A DNA stretch of 64,000 bases. It comes from Pavona decussata (taxonomy: Eukaryota). This document shows, piece by piece, positions 33,380 to 44,713 of the stretch. Each line of letters starts with the position of its first letter. The stretch's first letter is position 1. The notes below the pieces were generated by a model. It had not been told where the DNA came from. It searched no databases and saw only the letters and a program-made list of their open reading frames with translations. The stretch covers positions 248,001 through 312,000 of the forward strand of contig CDRNST010000275.1 of NCBI GenBank assembly GCA_977016875.1. The letters are read 5' to 3'. A program made the position numbers and the translations under genes.

Positions 33380-35484
33380 GTTTATTGTTAGTAGTTCAAT
33401 TAGCACTCATCAGTGGACCAAATTGCGTTTGGCGCTGGTTCGTCGGTGACTTGTCAGCCATAAAACAAATAAAACGGCATTTAAAACATTTTTAAATTAT
33501 ATATATATTTTTAACCAGTACGGTTTTATTTCTTATCATGAATCCACTAGATTACAGCTCCATCATTTAAAATTAAAGAACGTTGGCTGTGTTTCATTAA
33601 TCATTTTATAAAACATCAAACAACTGACTCTCCTAGATCTCTCCTGACAGCTTTCAAATAGCTGAGTATAATTGATATTAATATAACCATGAATGCAGTA
33701 TTTATCAAAGAAAAAGTATCGAAAAAGTAAGACATGAACGTTTCATACCTTCACAACTACTGATAAGATCTAATTTTCTCTTTACAGAAAGAATAGTGCC
33801 GGTCTGCTCAGCTCAGTGTTTGTATTTTTGAAAAAATTCAAATTAAGGGTACGTGCAGTTTTTTTGCACACCTGCCATCTTCAAATATTAAAGGGGAATC
33901 GATCCACTTTTCCTGTTACGGTAAGGACGAAAGGATTTAGCTGTTTTCCCGCCGCTAAAGACTTTATAGTCGAATATTTTACAGCCTAGTTGCTTCAAAA
34001 CTGAAACAATACTATTTTTGTTAAAATGGACATGTCTACTGTCCGTTCGTCCAGATTATCATCATCATAATCAAAATCATCATCCGCCGCAGATCCATAT
34101 TTAGAGGCTTTTAGAAGAACCCGGCAGCGAAGATGGAAAAGGCATTGAATTATTAATAATTACTTAAAAGCAAACTTTGAATTTATGTTAATACCCAATT
34201 TTGAACACTTATAATGTGACAATTCACCGCTCACACTGACCGCTTGTGCGATTTATCAGTCGCAAGACAAGTAACGGAAAAGCAACCCAATCGCGTTTTT
34301 ATTAATTCATACTTCAAGGTAAGAACTCGTTTTCCGAATTTGTTAAAGAACACTAGCACTTATTTGTCAGTTGTGATGGCATATTCCGAGGCAGTCAGCT
34401 ATTTATATAATGGTGTTTGGAAAGATAAGAGACACAATGGAGTGATTTTTCGCGGCGCTCTTGGGCAAACGGAATTAATAGACAAATTGTTCTTAAAACC
34501 ACAAACGTGGAAAAAGACGAGAAAATCTTAATAACCCGAACCTAATTAATTCTGCAGCTAATACATTTGCCTTTGACCTGATCTAAAAAATTAGTCTCTA
34601 CTGTCCCGATAATTAAACGAACCCTTGGTGGGTGGCAAGGTTTAGTTCAAAACATGAAATCAAGCGATTTGGTTGTTTAGATCAGGGGTACGAGGGGAAT
34701 ATTGACACTCGTAAAATAATCGAAGGTGGCATCCGTTTATTAAACCTCAAAAACTATGTCTTGTACTTCGGGTCCGAACAAACTGCTTTGGCTACACAAT
34801 CTTTGTTACAAGAAATTATATTCTTGGATAATTTAGAGGCTAAAAAATAAAAGTTAAAAATTTACAGATTAAGGAACACATTGGGCTAGTTTGCACGAAA
34901 ACATCTTCCAACTTGAGTCCCCCGTAATCAATTTGGAAAACACCAGGCAGACTTTTTTCATGATTACGTAAATACAATCCTTTCCACTTTGTCTCCTATT
35001 CCTAATCCATACTCCTTTTTGGCTTTGTTGGATTTCGTTTGTGTGGTTCTACCGTTAATTGGCTATTTTGAATTTTTTTTATTATTATTTGATGACCAGC
35101 TTCAGCAAGTGGTGAAATTGCTCAAGTGAATTGTTGGGGCATAGCTATAGCTCTTCTTTTTAATTGTAAACGTTCTATTTCGAGTTTATGGCGTGGTGTG
35201 CATAGGGATTTCGCTGTGTTTTGTTCAACTATAAAAACTGTTTAGTGTTTTGACTCGACTGTTATTTATTAGGAAAATAAGGACTCAGTAGGTTAACCAA
35301 AGTCACAGTTGACTTCAGCTGCAAGTTGCTGTAAGTAAGTAAATAAGTAAGGACACTTTAGTTAGCCAGGGTGGCCCATTCAGCTACTTGGCTGTTATCC
35401 AGAGGGGCTCTGGTAATAAAATGTGACAATAAATATAAATATAAATTAATTTAAATACGAATCAACAAATTTTTCGAAACGGAT

Positions 35485-35926
35485 TTAACTATAAAAGTTA
35501 ACATTAAAAATGAACGACTTTTCGACCGTCCTTCGGTCACTTTCAAGTTCAAGATAAGAAGTAAAATTAGCATGTGCCTTATACAATTGTGGAAGGACTA
35601 ATGAGATACTGACTAAAAGCTCCAAGATATCTACATCGAAACAATACAAGAAAAAAAACAGCGTGAATGATTAAAGAGGAACGCTATAAATACCTTTAAA
35701 AGTATTAAATACCTTTAGTTGTTTTAGCGTTCCTCTTTTATCATTCACGCTATTATTTTCTTGTATTGTTTCGATGTAGATATCTTGGAGCTTTTAGTCA
35801 GGATCTCATTAGTCCTTTCACAATTGTATATAAGCACATGCTAATTTTACTTCTTATCTTGAACTTGAAAATGACCGTCGGACGGTCGAAACGTCGTTCT
35901 TTTTTAACGTTAACTTTTATAGTTAA
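35485..35926. mobile_element. Inverted pair of Penelope-like element terminal fragments (palindrome), each arm with a minimal hammerhead variant
   Basis: The arms are about 200 bp. Motif gaac-TTGAAAAT-gaccg(tcgga)cggtc-GAAA-cg-TC-gttc is at 35861-35899 (+), with a degenerate mirror at 35512-35550 (-). A third copy is at 44466-44504. Confidence 0.7.
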
Positions 35927-36097
35927 TATAAATAGTTAAGAAAAACTGACTTGTGCTGTCTCACATATATAAAGAAAATAAAAGGACGAGAACGTGATTG
36001 GTGTGCTGAGGTGGGACGGGGGCTGTACAAGGAATTGCGATGCCCAGGTAACACCTGCCTAAATTTACATGGAAGTGTTTTTTCGACCCTTCTAGAA

Positions 36098-38194
36098 ATG
36101 AAGTACGCCATTGTGCTTCTGTTGATTTGCTGGTTTCCCAGCTCAGCTGTGGCGGAACTCTGCAAGGTAGCATCTTACTCAGTGCAAGGACAGGTGCTAA
36201 AAAACCACACCATCACCTCCGGCCCCGCAGAGCGAATAGAAGAGTGTATCATGCAGTGCATGGATCACCCTGGTTGCCATAGCAGCAACTTTTATCGAAA
36301 GGACAGAGTGTGTGAGCTGAATGACAAGACGCATGCGTCTCACCCTGAAGATATGAGAGAAGAGCATTTCACTAACTACATGGAGAATACTTTCAGACCA
36401 TTTACCTGCAGCAAGGACTCCGACTGTGGCAGTAATTTGCTTTGCCTGCCATCGTTGATGAGGTGCGGAGGTAAGTGTGATAGCTGAATACGCGCGGAGC
36501 GTAGGTAAATTCATGTCCCCAGCAAATTATCAATTATTTCAAGGAGTCGTGACGAATCAGTGGGATTTTGAGCAAAAAGATTAACAAAGAAATCCATCGA
36601 CTAGCTTTAAATAGTGTTACAGTCCACAACGAAGAGGGCACCATGAATGGCTGCGCTGCTGCTAATAGTATGTCTTTCCAGTATGAATAGCACCACAAAC
36701 CATTTTATCTAGTAACTTATTAGTGGTAATTTTGTCAGAGTTGATGCAGCCAAACTGTATTGGTAATTCCGTTTATCGCTTATTCCGTGAGGCTGTTGTG
36801 CATCCTCTAGACTTCGGTGCGTTCACATTAGTGCCCAGCAAGGATCGTACTCGGGCACCGTGCCTAGGCACTAAGTGTGAACAATGTGTATCCTTAAAAT
36901 CTTTCCTTCAATTACGAAGAATTATAGCACAAGCCCGAGTTGGCGGTAATCATCTCATATATATCCAACAAACGAGCACGGAATAACTGTTTATTAAAAC
37001 ATCAACAAATGTCAATTATAGATCTTATTTTTATTTGTTTATTTATTTACACCACTACCTCATACGTAAGATTACAGTAGTTACAATGTGAGTTGAACAA
37101 GAACAGTTTCATAAAATAACTAATATAGAACATTCCAAAAAACAGTGAGCGGTGAGGAGACCTCAGAAAGCCAAAGGCTTGTACAAGGAGCCCCCCCCCC
37201 CCCCCCCCATGATTTGGTCATTGATTAAAATAATTTAGGACTAGGGGGAAGAAGGATAAAACCTTCGATCTTGGTGATTCCATTCTGGACTGCAAGTGAT
37301 GCCAGAACAACGATTTAGTGCCGCTCTACTGACTTGGAAAATGCAATTCTATTGTTTTGAAACAAAGCCACGGCAACGAAAATTCATACTAAGTGAATCA
37401 GCCATATTTTCACATAGGATCACTGTAATGACCTGTTACATCAAAGGAACAAAGCAACTTAACGTGTAAAAGCAAGATATAACATATTATGTGAAAATAT
37501 GGTTTACTGGCGAGGATTCGAACCCCGGTATCCTGCGTTCAAGGCATTTTAAAATTGGAATATTAATTGGAATATTCAGGTCGCAGGAACCCGGGATTCC
37601 AATTCTCCGGTGAACCGTATTTTCACAAAGTCCGATGTATTGTTTTGTTTGGCTTAGTAGCCATGAGGTATTTGTCAAATATCCCATTGCCGCTTAGCAA
37701 ATCTAACCTCTGTAATTGTCTTATCCATTGAGGTGGTTTTTAATAAGATTCGATATTGATCCCAAGATTCAAGATTTCTTAACAGACTGCAAAGCTGTTA
37801 TCCCTCAATCATTCCAGGAAAACCAAATTTGGCAAAACTCAAGAATCTGGAATCGAAGATACCGTAATACCCTTGTTCATTGTACTGTATTGATTGTTCT
37901 TTAGGCTATAAGTCTGTTGGATGCTACAAAGACACCTCGAGTCGAGCAATCCCAAGCTTGGAAGGATCTGATCCTATTTTAGATGGATCTTATTCCACAC
38001 GAAAGAACTCCATCGCAAAGTGCGCCGTGGCTGCAGTGAGAAAGGGTTACAGCATGTTTGCAGTTCAGAATGGTGGTTGGTGTGCGGCCAGTGCAACAGC
38101 ACCACAGACGTTTGACAAGTACGGAAAATCTCACGCTTGTAAGGCTGACGGTGAAGGCGGACCATGGGCCAATCAAGTCTATTCTTTTCTTTAA
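36098..38194 (+). CDS. Secreted PAN/apple + small Cys-rich module + WSC-like domain protein, copy 1 (220 aa). Exons 36098-36470, 37905-38194
   Basis: Signal peptide MKYAIVLLLICWFPSSAVA; PAN pattern ECIMQCMDHPGCHSSNF...CELN; phase-1 intron GGAG|GTAAGT...TTTAG|GC; WSC-like YKSVGCYKD...CAVAAVRKGYSMFAVQNGGWC...GGPWANQVY. Confidence 0.88.
37027..37440 (-). mobile_element. Decayed retroelement 3' tail in intron (duplicated at about 45765-46170)
   Basis: The (TTTA)n tail and adjacent stem-loop-like 3' UTR are typical of LINE ends. No clear coding motif remains. Confidence 0.4.
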
Positions 38195-38202
38195 AATAAT
38201 TA

Positions 38203-38962
38203 TTATTATAATTTCATCGGGCATTGCGGCGTATTTTGCCGGCTAAAATGGAGAATTCAGCGGGCTAAAATATATTTTAGCCCGCTGCTCTGAGCCAATG
38301 AGAAACAAGAAAATAACGTAGCCAGCCATTCAGAACTGGAAAACATTCAACTGTTCGCGCCGTTTTCTTGCTTGTTTGACTGGAAGCGCTGCCATCTGCA
38401 AAAAATTGTTTTGAGCAAATTCCTAGTCGTATCAGCTAGCTAGAGAAGAGGACTTACAGAAACTCTTGGGCGATGGCGGAAATAATGCTTGTAGTAGCTC
38501 CATGGATGGCGACGAGGTGAATGTAAACAGTTTGTCTTCGTCGAGCGAAACCCACTGAGTTTAGCACTTGCACAATTAATTTTAACACTTGTAAGTGACC
38601 ATGTCTTCGCTGTTCACAAAATTCTGTTATTTTCCCTTTGAAAACTTAGAAGCAAATATTATTTCGACAAATTTTGCGGTGCTCTGTCGAAGTTAAAAGC
38701 TTGTGCGACAATGAATACTCTTGCATGTACAATGAAATAACCGTAAAATAAACGCCGACGTACGCGACGCTGGCAGCGTTAAAGATGTCTCTTACTGTAC
38801 TGTCTTTGATTCCTTTTCTGAATGTCCTCTGAAATTATTATAATAGTAACAGAGTTCATGCTCTTGGGCGTAAATATGTTTTTGGCCCTTCTCAGAACTC
38901 ATTGAGCCTGAGTCGGGCCAAAAACATATTTACGCCCGCGAACATCAGCTCTATTGTTATAA
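38203..38962. mobile_element. Non-autonomous element with an 18-bp inverted repeat plus a long terminal hairpin, directly after the WSC stop codon (duplicated at about 46929-47700)
   Basis: ataatttcatcgggcatt (38208-38225) pairs with aatgtcctctgaaattat (38821-38838). The hairpin is gggcgtaaatatgtttttggccc...gggccaaaaacatatttacgccc. Confidence 0.6.
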
Positions 38963-39615
38963 TCACTATAACACAGTCTAGCGTTAGAGTGCATTATCAA
39001 TGTCGACGTATGTGAATTCTCAGCATACGAGGCAAGCAGTCGATTTGGTGTAATAATATTTATTGAAATAGTCGATGGTCCTTTTGTTTTTAATTCTTCT
39101 CTTTGATTAAATAATTTAATACCGACAATAATTTACAACGTACAAGTAATGTAAAGTAATGTAAAAAAAGTAATGTAGAGTTCTTCACCGTCATCCGTTC
39201 GCTAAACACGCTCTTTTTCTTTTTCTTTTTCAAACCTTTCCAAATAATTTTCTCTTCCACCGAAATAATTTTCTCTTCCATCGTAAGCAGTGCCCAACTC
39301 GAAAGCAGCATGCTCCTTTGGGCACTGCTCACACTAAACCAAACAAATTTATCCTAATTCTTTTTAATCCTCCTTTGTGATATAAATGTTTATTGTTTTT
39401 TATGTATTGTACTGAATCTCGTTGTACGTGTGAAAAGTAAAAATTGAATTGAAAATTGAATTGAAACTACATCATATATATACATACTAAGAGAATCGAA
39501 ACTATTATACACAATAAAGCAAACAGAAAAGTATGAATTAAACGACAAAAGAGGAGGGAATTAACACATCAATGTTGGTCTAACTCTATTAGTTACAGTT
39601 GAGTAACATTTCAGT

Positions 39616-39862
39616 CCTGGGTCCAGTTATTCAAAGCCCGATTAACCTAACTCTGGGTTAACGTGAACAATTGATTCTAGTTTAATTACTTATGAATCAA
39701 CTTTTGCCAAAAGATTTTTGTCCCTTAGTATTGACGTCGACTTTTCTTTACCATTAGCTATCAATTAGCCTTTAAGGACCTTCTTAGTGAGCGTGCTGTA
39801 AACCTCGGTTAACTTTTAATCGTGGATTAGCGTTAATCGGCTTTCGAACAACCGGACCCCGG
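39616..39862. mobile_element. MITE (GG.CC.GTT.TTC.AAGCC...GGCTTTCGAACAACCGG.CC); the unit-B copy at about 48045-48586 is interrupted by a SINE
   Basis: Terminal inverted repeats ggtccagttattcaaagcccgattaac / gttaatcggctttcgaacaaccggacc. Confidence 0.7.
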
Positions 39863-40606
39863 TTTATAATCGTCTGCGTCGTTTTACATAAATGAGGTTA
39901 CGTGATATCTGAATATTTAAAACCTGTTCAGACGAGGTGCCCGGGCAATAAAAAAGACCAATGTGGATCTATAGATGAGTGTGAATGGGTGGGTAGATAT
40001 ATGTCCATGGAACAATGGATGAATTCAAGTACATACATCAAAGGTGCGCACGGTATACTGATTCTGCGCAACAAGCCACGTGGAGTCGCACTTCTGAAGA
40101 CAAATAACAATAGTTTTGAGAAAACCAATCAGAAGTGTGTGACGTCACAACATAGTAACCAATAGGAAAGAAGCAATCCAAAATGGATTAAATTAAACAA
40201 AACAAAAACAAACAAACAAACAACAAAAAAAGAATTAAAGTAAATACAGACCCAGCAATAATAATGTTAAAAATAAAATTCACGTTCGGCAAACTATTCA
40301 ACATGTGAGTTGAAACACAAGCAAGATTCGCCAGTGTTTTTATAACATTTTTAGTAATTTGGCACTGCTATAAAAATCGTCCAAAACTGAACAATCTTTA
40401 GTTCATTCTTCTCAAGAAGGATATTCCCAACCGCTTTGCGCCTGGTTCCCTTTACAAGTTCAAAGGCTTTTGCTGATGATTCCTTTAACGGAATTCAATC
40501 TCACTGCAATTGAAAATGTTGAGAAATGTGCTCCGAGAGCTTGGCAAAGGGCATTAAATTCTCTTTCCAAAACGGATGTTTTCTCTTAGGGCACTTTCTA
40601 TTTAAT

Positions 40607-40860
40607 TAGGGAGCTTAAGCAACGACTACGGCGACGGCAACGACAACGCCGCAAATATCAGGTTTAATGAGTAAAAACAATCGCTCTGCACGTGCGTTTT
40701 ACCGTAATTTTGGTACATTCCTTTTCCGTCCTCTGCAAAACAACAACGTGAAATGACCACATTTAAGGTCTTGCACGACGGTGAATTTTTCATTTTCTTC
40801 CTTAACTTGTGAGCCACTCCTGACAATTTGGTTCCTGGACAGTTCTTCATTTTTGTAAAA
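40607..40860. repeat. Interspersed repeat with a TAGGGAGCTTAAGCAACGAC..CGGCGACGGCAACG end (also at about 49359-49610; related copy at about 61566-61928)
   Basis: The characteristic gacggcgacggcaacg terminal motif appears here and as its reverse complement at about 61895-61925. Confidence 0.65.
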
Positions 40861-42519
40861 GTTGAGCGTTGGTTGGTCCGTGAATGAGGTTACAAATTTA
40901 ATTTAAAGGGCTGATTCTTCGAATTCTTTAAAATGACACATTGTAAGAGTAGTGTGTGTGCGCCAGTTTGAACTAATTAAGAAAAAGAAAAGTGGCATAT
41001 AAACTGCCGTTCAAATTGGTGCATTCCGTTTACAGAATGATTATACTGGCCAACCAGTTTTGACAAATGGAGAGCGCGCTTAGGCGAGTTAGAGAACGTA
41101 GTTTAGTGCCGGATTGACCGCGACTTTGTAGCTAATAGCAACATACCATCACATCTTGGTATTAATCATCTGCCTAAATCTTTTCACACCACAAAACAAA
41201 TGGAAAATAAGACCGGGTCGTTAATTATCGTGAAAGACATTACAAAGGATAATTGCTGACTGATTGATCTTAAAATGCCATTTATCAAAGGAATAAACGG
41301 GATAGCAAGAAGTCAACGTTTCATATCTTGTCATTTTACCGGTAAGTCTTTTTTAGTTTTCTCTTTCCAGAGAAGAAGATCTTTAGTTGAAGCAGTGCAA
41401 ATTAATTCTGTGTATATGTTTGCATTTTTGAAAGAATTGATGAAACAAATGCAGTGCAATAAATTTTAGGAACAAACATTATAAAACACAAAACACCTGC
41501 TGCAACGTTCTCAAAAATTAAAAGGGAGGTCATTCGAGATTACCTTTTCCTGTTAATAAGGCTAGAGATGTTATCTGATGTGAGCGAATGACTTAATTCG
41601 TCAAATATTCGCTGCGTAGTAGCTTTTGCAACCCCCCCGCAGATTCGGCCATATTTTGAGGTAACTTTCAAAAGGGCCTGATTAAAAAAAGCCAAAAGGG
41701 TTGCTTCTTCTTATTAATAATTGATCAAAAATAAATTTTAATTTTATGTTGTCACTCAAATCACGGACAGTTTAAACAGAATAACTTGCTGATATTAACT
41801 ATTATTACGATCTATCGGAGGATAAGCATCGAAACTGCAACAGAACAACGTTTTGTCTTCAACCTTCACGGTAAGAGCTCGTTTTCTCTTTAGAAAAAAG
41901 AAACAATTCGAATAAGCACGGCTGTCGTAAGTAGAGCCTTTTCAAATCCTAGTTCAGTGAACCTCTAGGCACTAGATCTGTTAACTTCGGGAAACGACAA
42001 CATAAAGACTTTCTCTTTGGAGAATTTGCTCAAGAGCGCTTATTTTATTTTTGCGAAGGCATATTCTGAGGCTTTGAGGTCTGTGATATTTCCATCTGAG
42101 GCTTTGAGGTCTGTGATATTTCCAAAGACGTTAAACATATTAGAGAGATTTCTAAATGGTATGGCGCTCTAGTCGCTCCACGCAAAGCGAGGTTAATCTG
42201 CCGTTTATCTGCAGCCATGTATTACGTAAACTGAAACTTTCTTGAAACCGGAAAAGAAAGCTGAACTAAGAAACGTGGGAAACGTTTAGACGGAAATCAT
42301 TAAATGATAACGTAGTTATTTCTGCTATTTTCCTTGCTTTAAACATTTTGTTTATCACACTGTATAAATAAACGCACCATTGGTAGCAAACTTTCATTTA
42401 AAACAGAGAATCGTGCGATTTGGAGAACAGCCAGAAATAGGAATTGAAATAATCCATGCCATGGAAGATACAACAACAAAAGCAGGCATCCAATACTGTA
42501 CAAGAGGTGCTGTTCTTAA

Positions 42520-42880
42520 AGGGGAAGTATCAAGCAAATTTGCTGTCATTTCAAAACCCCAAAATTTTTGTCTGTCAGGTAGAAACAAAAAAATAATTAT
42601 CTTGTTTGTTATAAATTATCCCTCCAGTGCAATAAAACTATCGATGAGTGCTTCTGGCCAGAGACAGAGTAGGTCGGTATGGATTGAAACTTGAAAAATG
42701 TTAGTCTAATGTTTCTCAAGTGCTCGCATTTTTGTTTCCAAAATGCGCTAGAACACATCATGAGTTGTTCCTTTCAAGAATTGGGTTGCTTTCTTTCCTC
42801 TCGCTCGTCATTCTAGAATTATTTGGCAGCTGATTGAAGGTCTTATTTCACCATTTTTAACAACCCATGATACTTCCCCT
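42520..42880. mobile_element. Kolobok-like MITE with TTAA TSD (duplicate at 51285-51645)
   Basis: TTAA|AGGGGAAGTATCA...TGATACTTCCCCT|TTAA. Confidence 0.8.
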
Positions 42881-42896
42881 TTAATCATGAAATGAT

Positions 42897-43279
42897 CAGG
42901 GGCACCCAATGGATCGTTTCGGTAAATTATCTGTTCGGAAGGCCCTTAATCCCCTATAATTTTCTAAAAATAATTTTCGCCTTGAACTTTCATGATATGG
43001 GAAATTTAAGGCCTGGCGTTTTCGGATTGATAAAAATGTCGTTTCGGGTACCGAAAAAAGGTCAGCTAAGATTTTCGGAAAGGAAATAAGACGTAAGTTT
43101 TTTGGGAAATGGACAAATGCCCTAGTAATTTCGAAAAGACTCAAGTTCCCCTAGAATGACCGAACAGATAAAAATATTATAGCGCAGCTTTAAATGAATC
43201 TACAGAGCTTTAAAGGCACTTTAGATAGCTTAAAATAGCGTTTCAAAGGATCTGAAAGAACTCCCATTGGGTGCCCCTG
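42897..43279. mobile_element. hAT-like MITE with an apparent 6-bp TSD (duplicate at about 51662-52044)
   Basis: AATGAT|CAGGGGCACCCAATGG...CCATTGGGTGCCCCTG|AATGAT. Confidence 0.8.
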
Positions 43280-44713
43280 AATGATAGCGTGGTTATTTCC
43301 GTAAACATTATGCTCATCACGCTATATAAATAAAACGCTACCTTGGTAGCAAACTTTCATTCAAAACAGAGAATCGTGCGATTTGGAAAACAGCCAGAAC
43401 TAGAAATTGAAATAATCGAGGATAAAACAACAAAAGCAGGCATCCAATACTGTACAAGAGGTGCTGTTCTTAGGCTTTTTTAAAATAGTAACTAACTTTT
43501 AGCAAACGCTTAGTTTGGGAATTTTACCCACAATTTTAAGAACATATACAGGACGAAACAAAGGATCTACGATCCTCGCCAATTCCTGTTGGGAAGGTTA
43601 GAAAATAAGCCCGGTATAGCAATTTTTATTGCATACTTTTGTTTGCGCCTTTGAATTTCGTTTCCCTCACTCCTCTTTTTATTGCTAAGTTCCCCACGAA
43701 GAATAACGCGTAAAGATTTACAGTTAAAACTCAACATTGATAGAGCGGGAGGGAAGGAAAGTGAAGGCAAGGCAAAACTTAGCAATCTTCTCAACAGTAT
43801 TGCCGATGATTGTTTAAAAATAGAACAAGCGCTTTTTGTGCCTATAATATCTAAAGCTTTTAACATAAAGTAATGAGGTTATGTTTGACAAATCTCTGAA
43901 ATCTGCAAGTAGTGTCCCATGATCTATTGCCCATATCTTGGACTAATAAACATTTCTATACGAAGTGCATGAAACATGCAATTGTCGGTTGATCATGATG
44001 GTACGATAACTATGAGCGTGACAAGCCAGAGAAACAGTATAAATGCGCGCGTATTTCTAAACACTCTGAAATAATTTCTAGTCAACCTTTGCTAACAAAT
44101 GTTCAAAACTCGCTATTTGAGCTGTGTTCAATAAAAGGAACGGTAACCAACTACAAATTAAATGATTCCGCTTTTCCTTGGCGCTACCTGTCAATCGAAA
44201 TTATTTTTTAGAGCTATAAACCAACGACAGTATCATTGCCCTATAGAAAAATGCAGAAAATGCATCCAAGGTAGGACTCTTTTTCTACTTTTTCCAGGCA
44301 AATGTGTTGGATTGTTAATGAACTCTTCATACATGTCAGTAGCTTGTCACATCAAAGTGTCGTTACCGACATTCTTCACAACACTCCACAAACGCTATTT
44401 AGTCAGTATCTCATTAGTCCTTTCACAATTGTATATAAGCACATGCTAATTTTACTTCTTATCTTGAACTTGAAAATGACCGTCGGACGGTCGAAACGTC
44501 GTTCTTTTTTAACGTTAAATTTTTTAGTTAATATAAATAGTTAAGAAAAACTGACTTGTGCTGTCTCACATATATAAAGAAAATAAAAGGACGAGAACGT
44601 GATTGGTGTGCTGAGGAGCGCAGTGGTATGGGACGGGGCTGTAGAAGGAATTGCGATGCCCAGGTTACACCTGCCTAAATTTACATGGAAGTGTTGTTTC
44701 GACCCTTCTAGGA

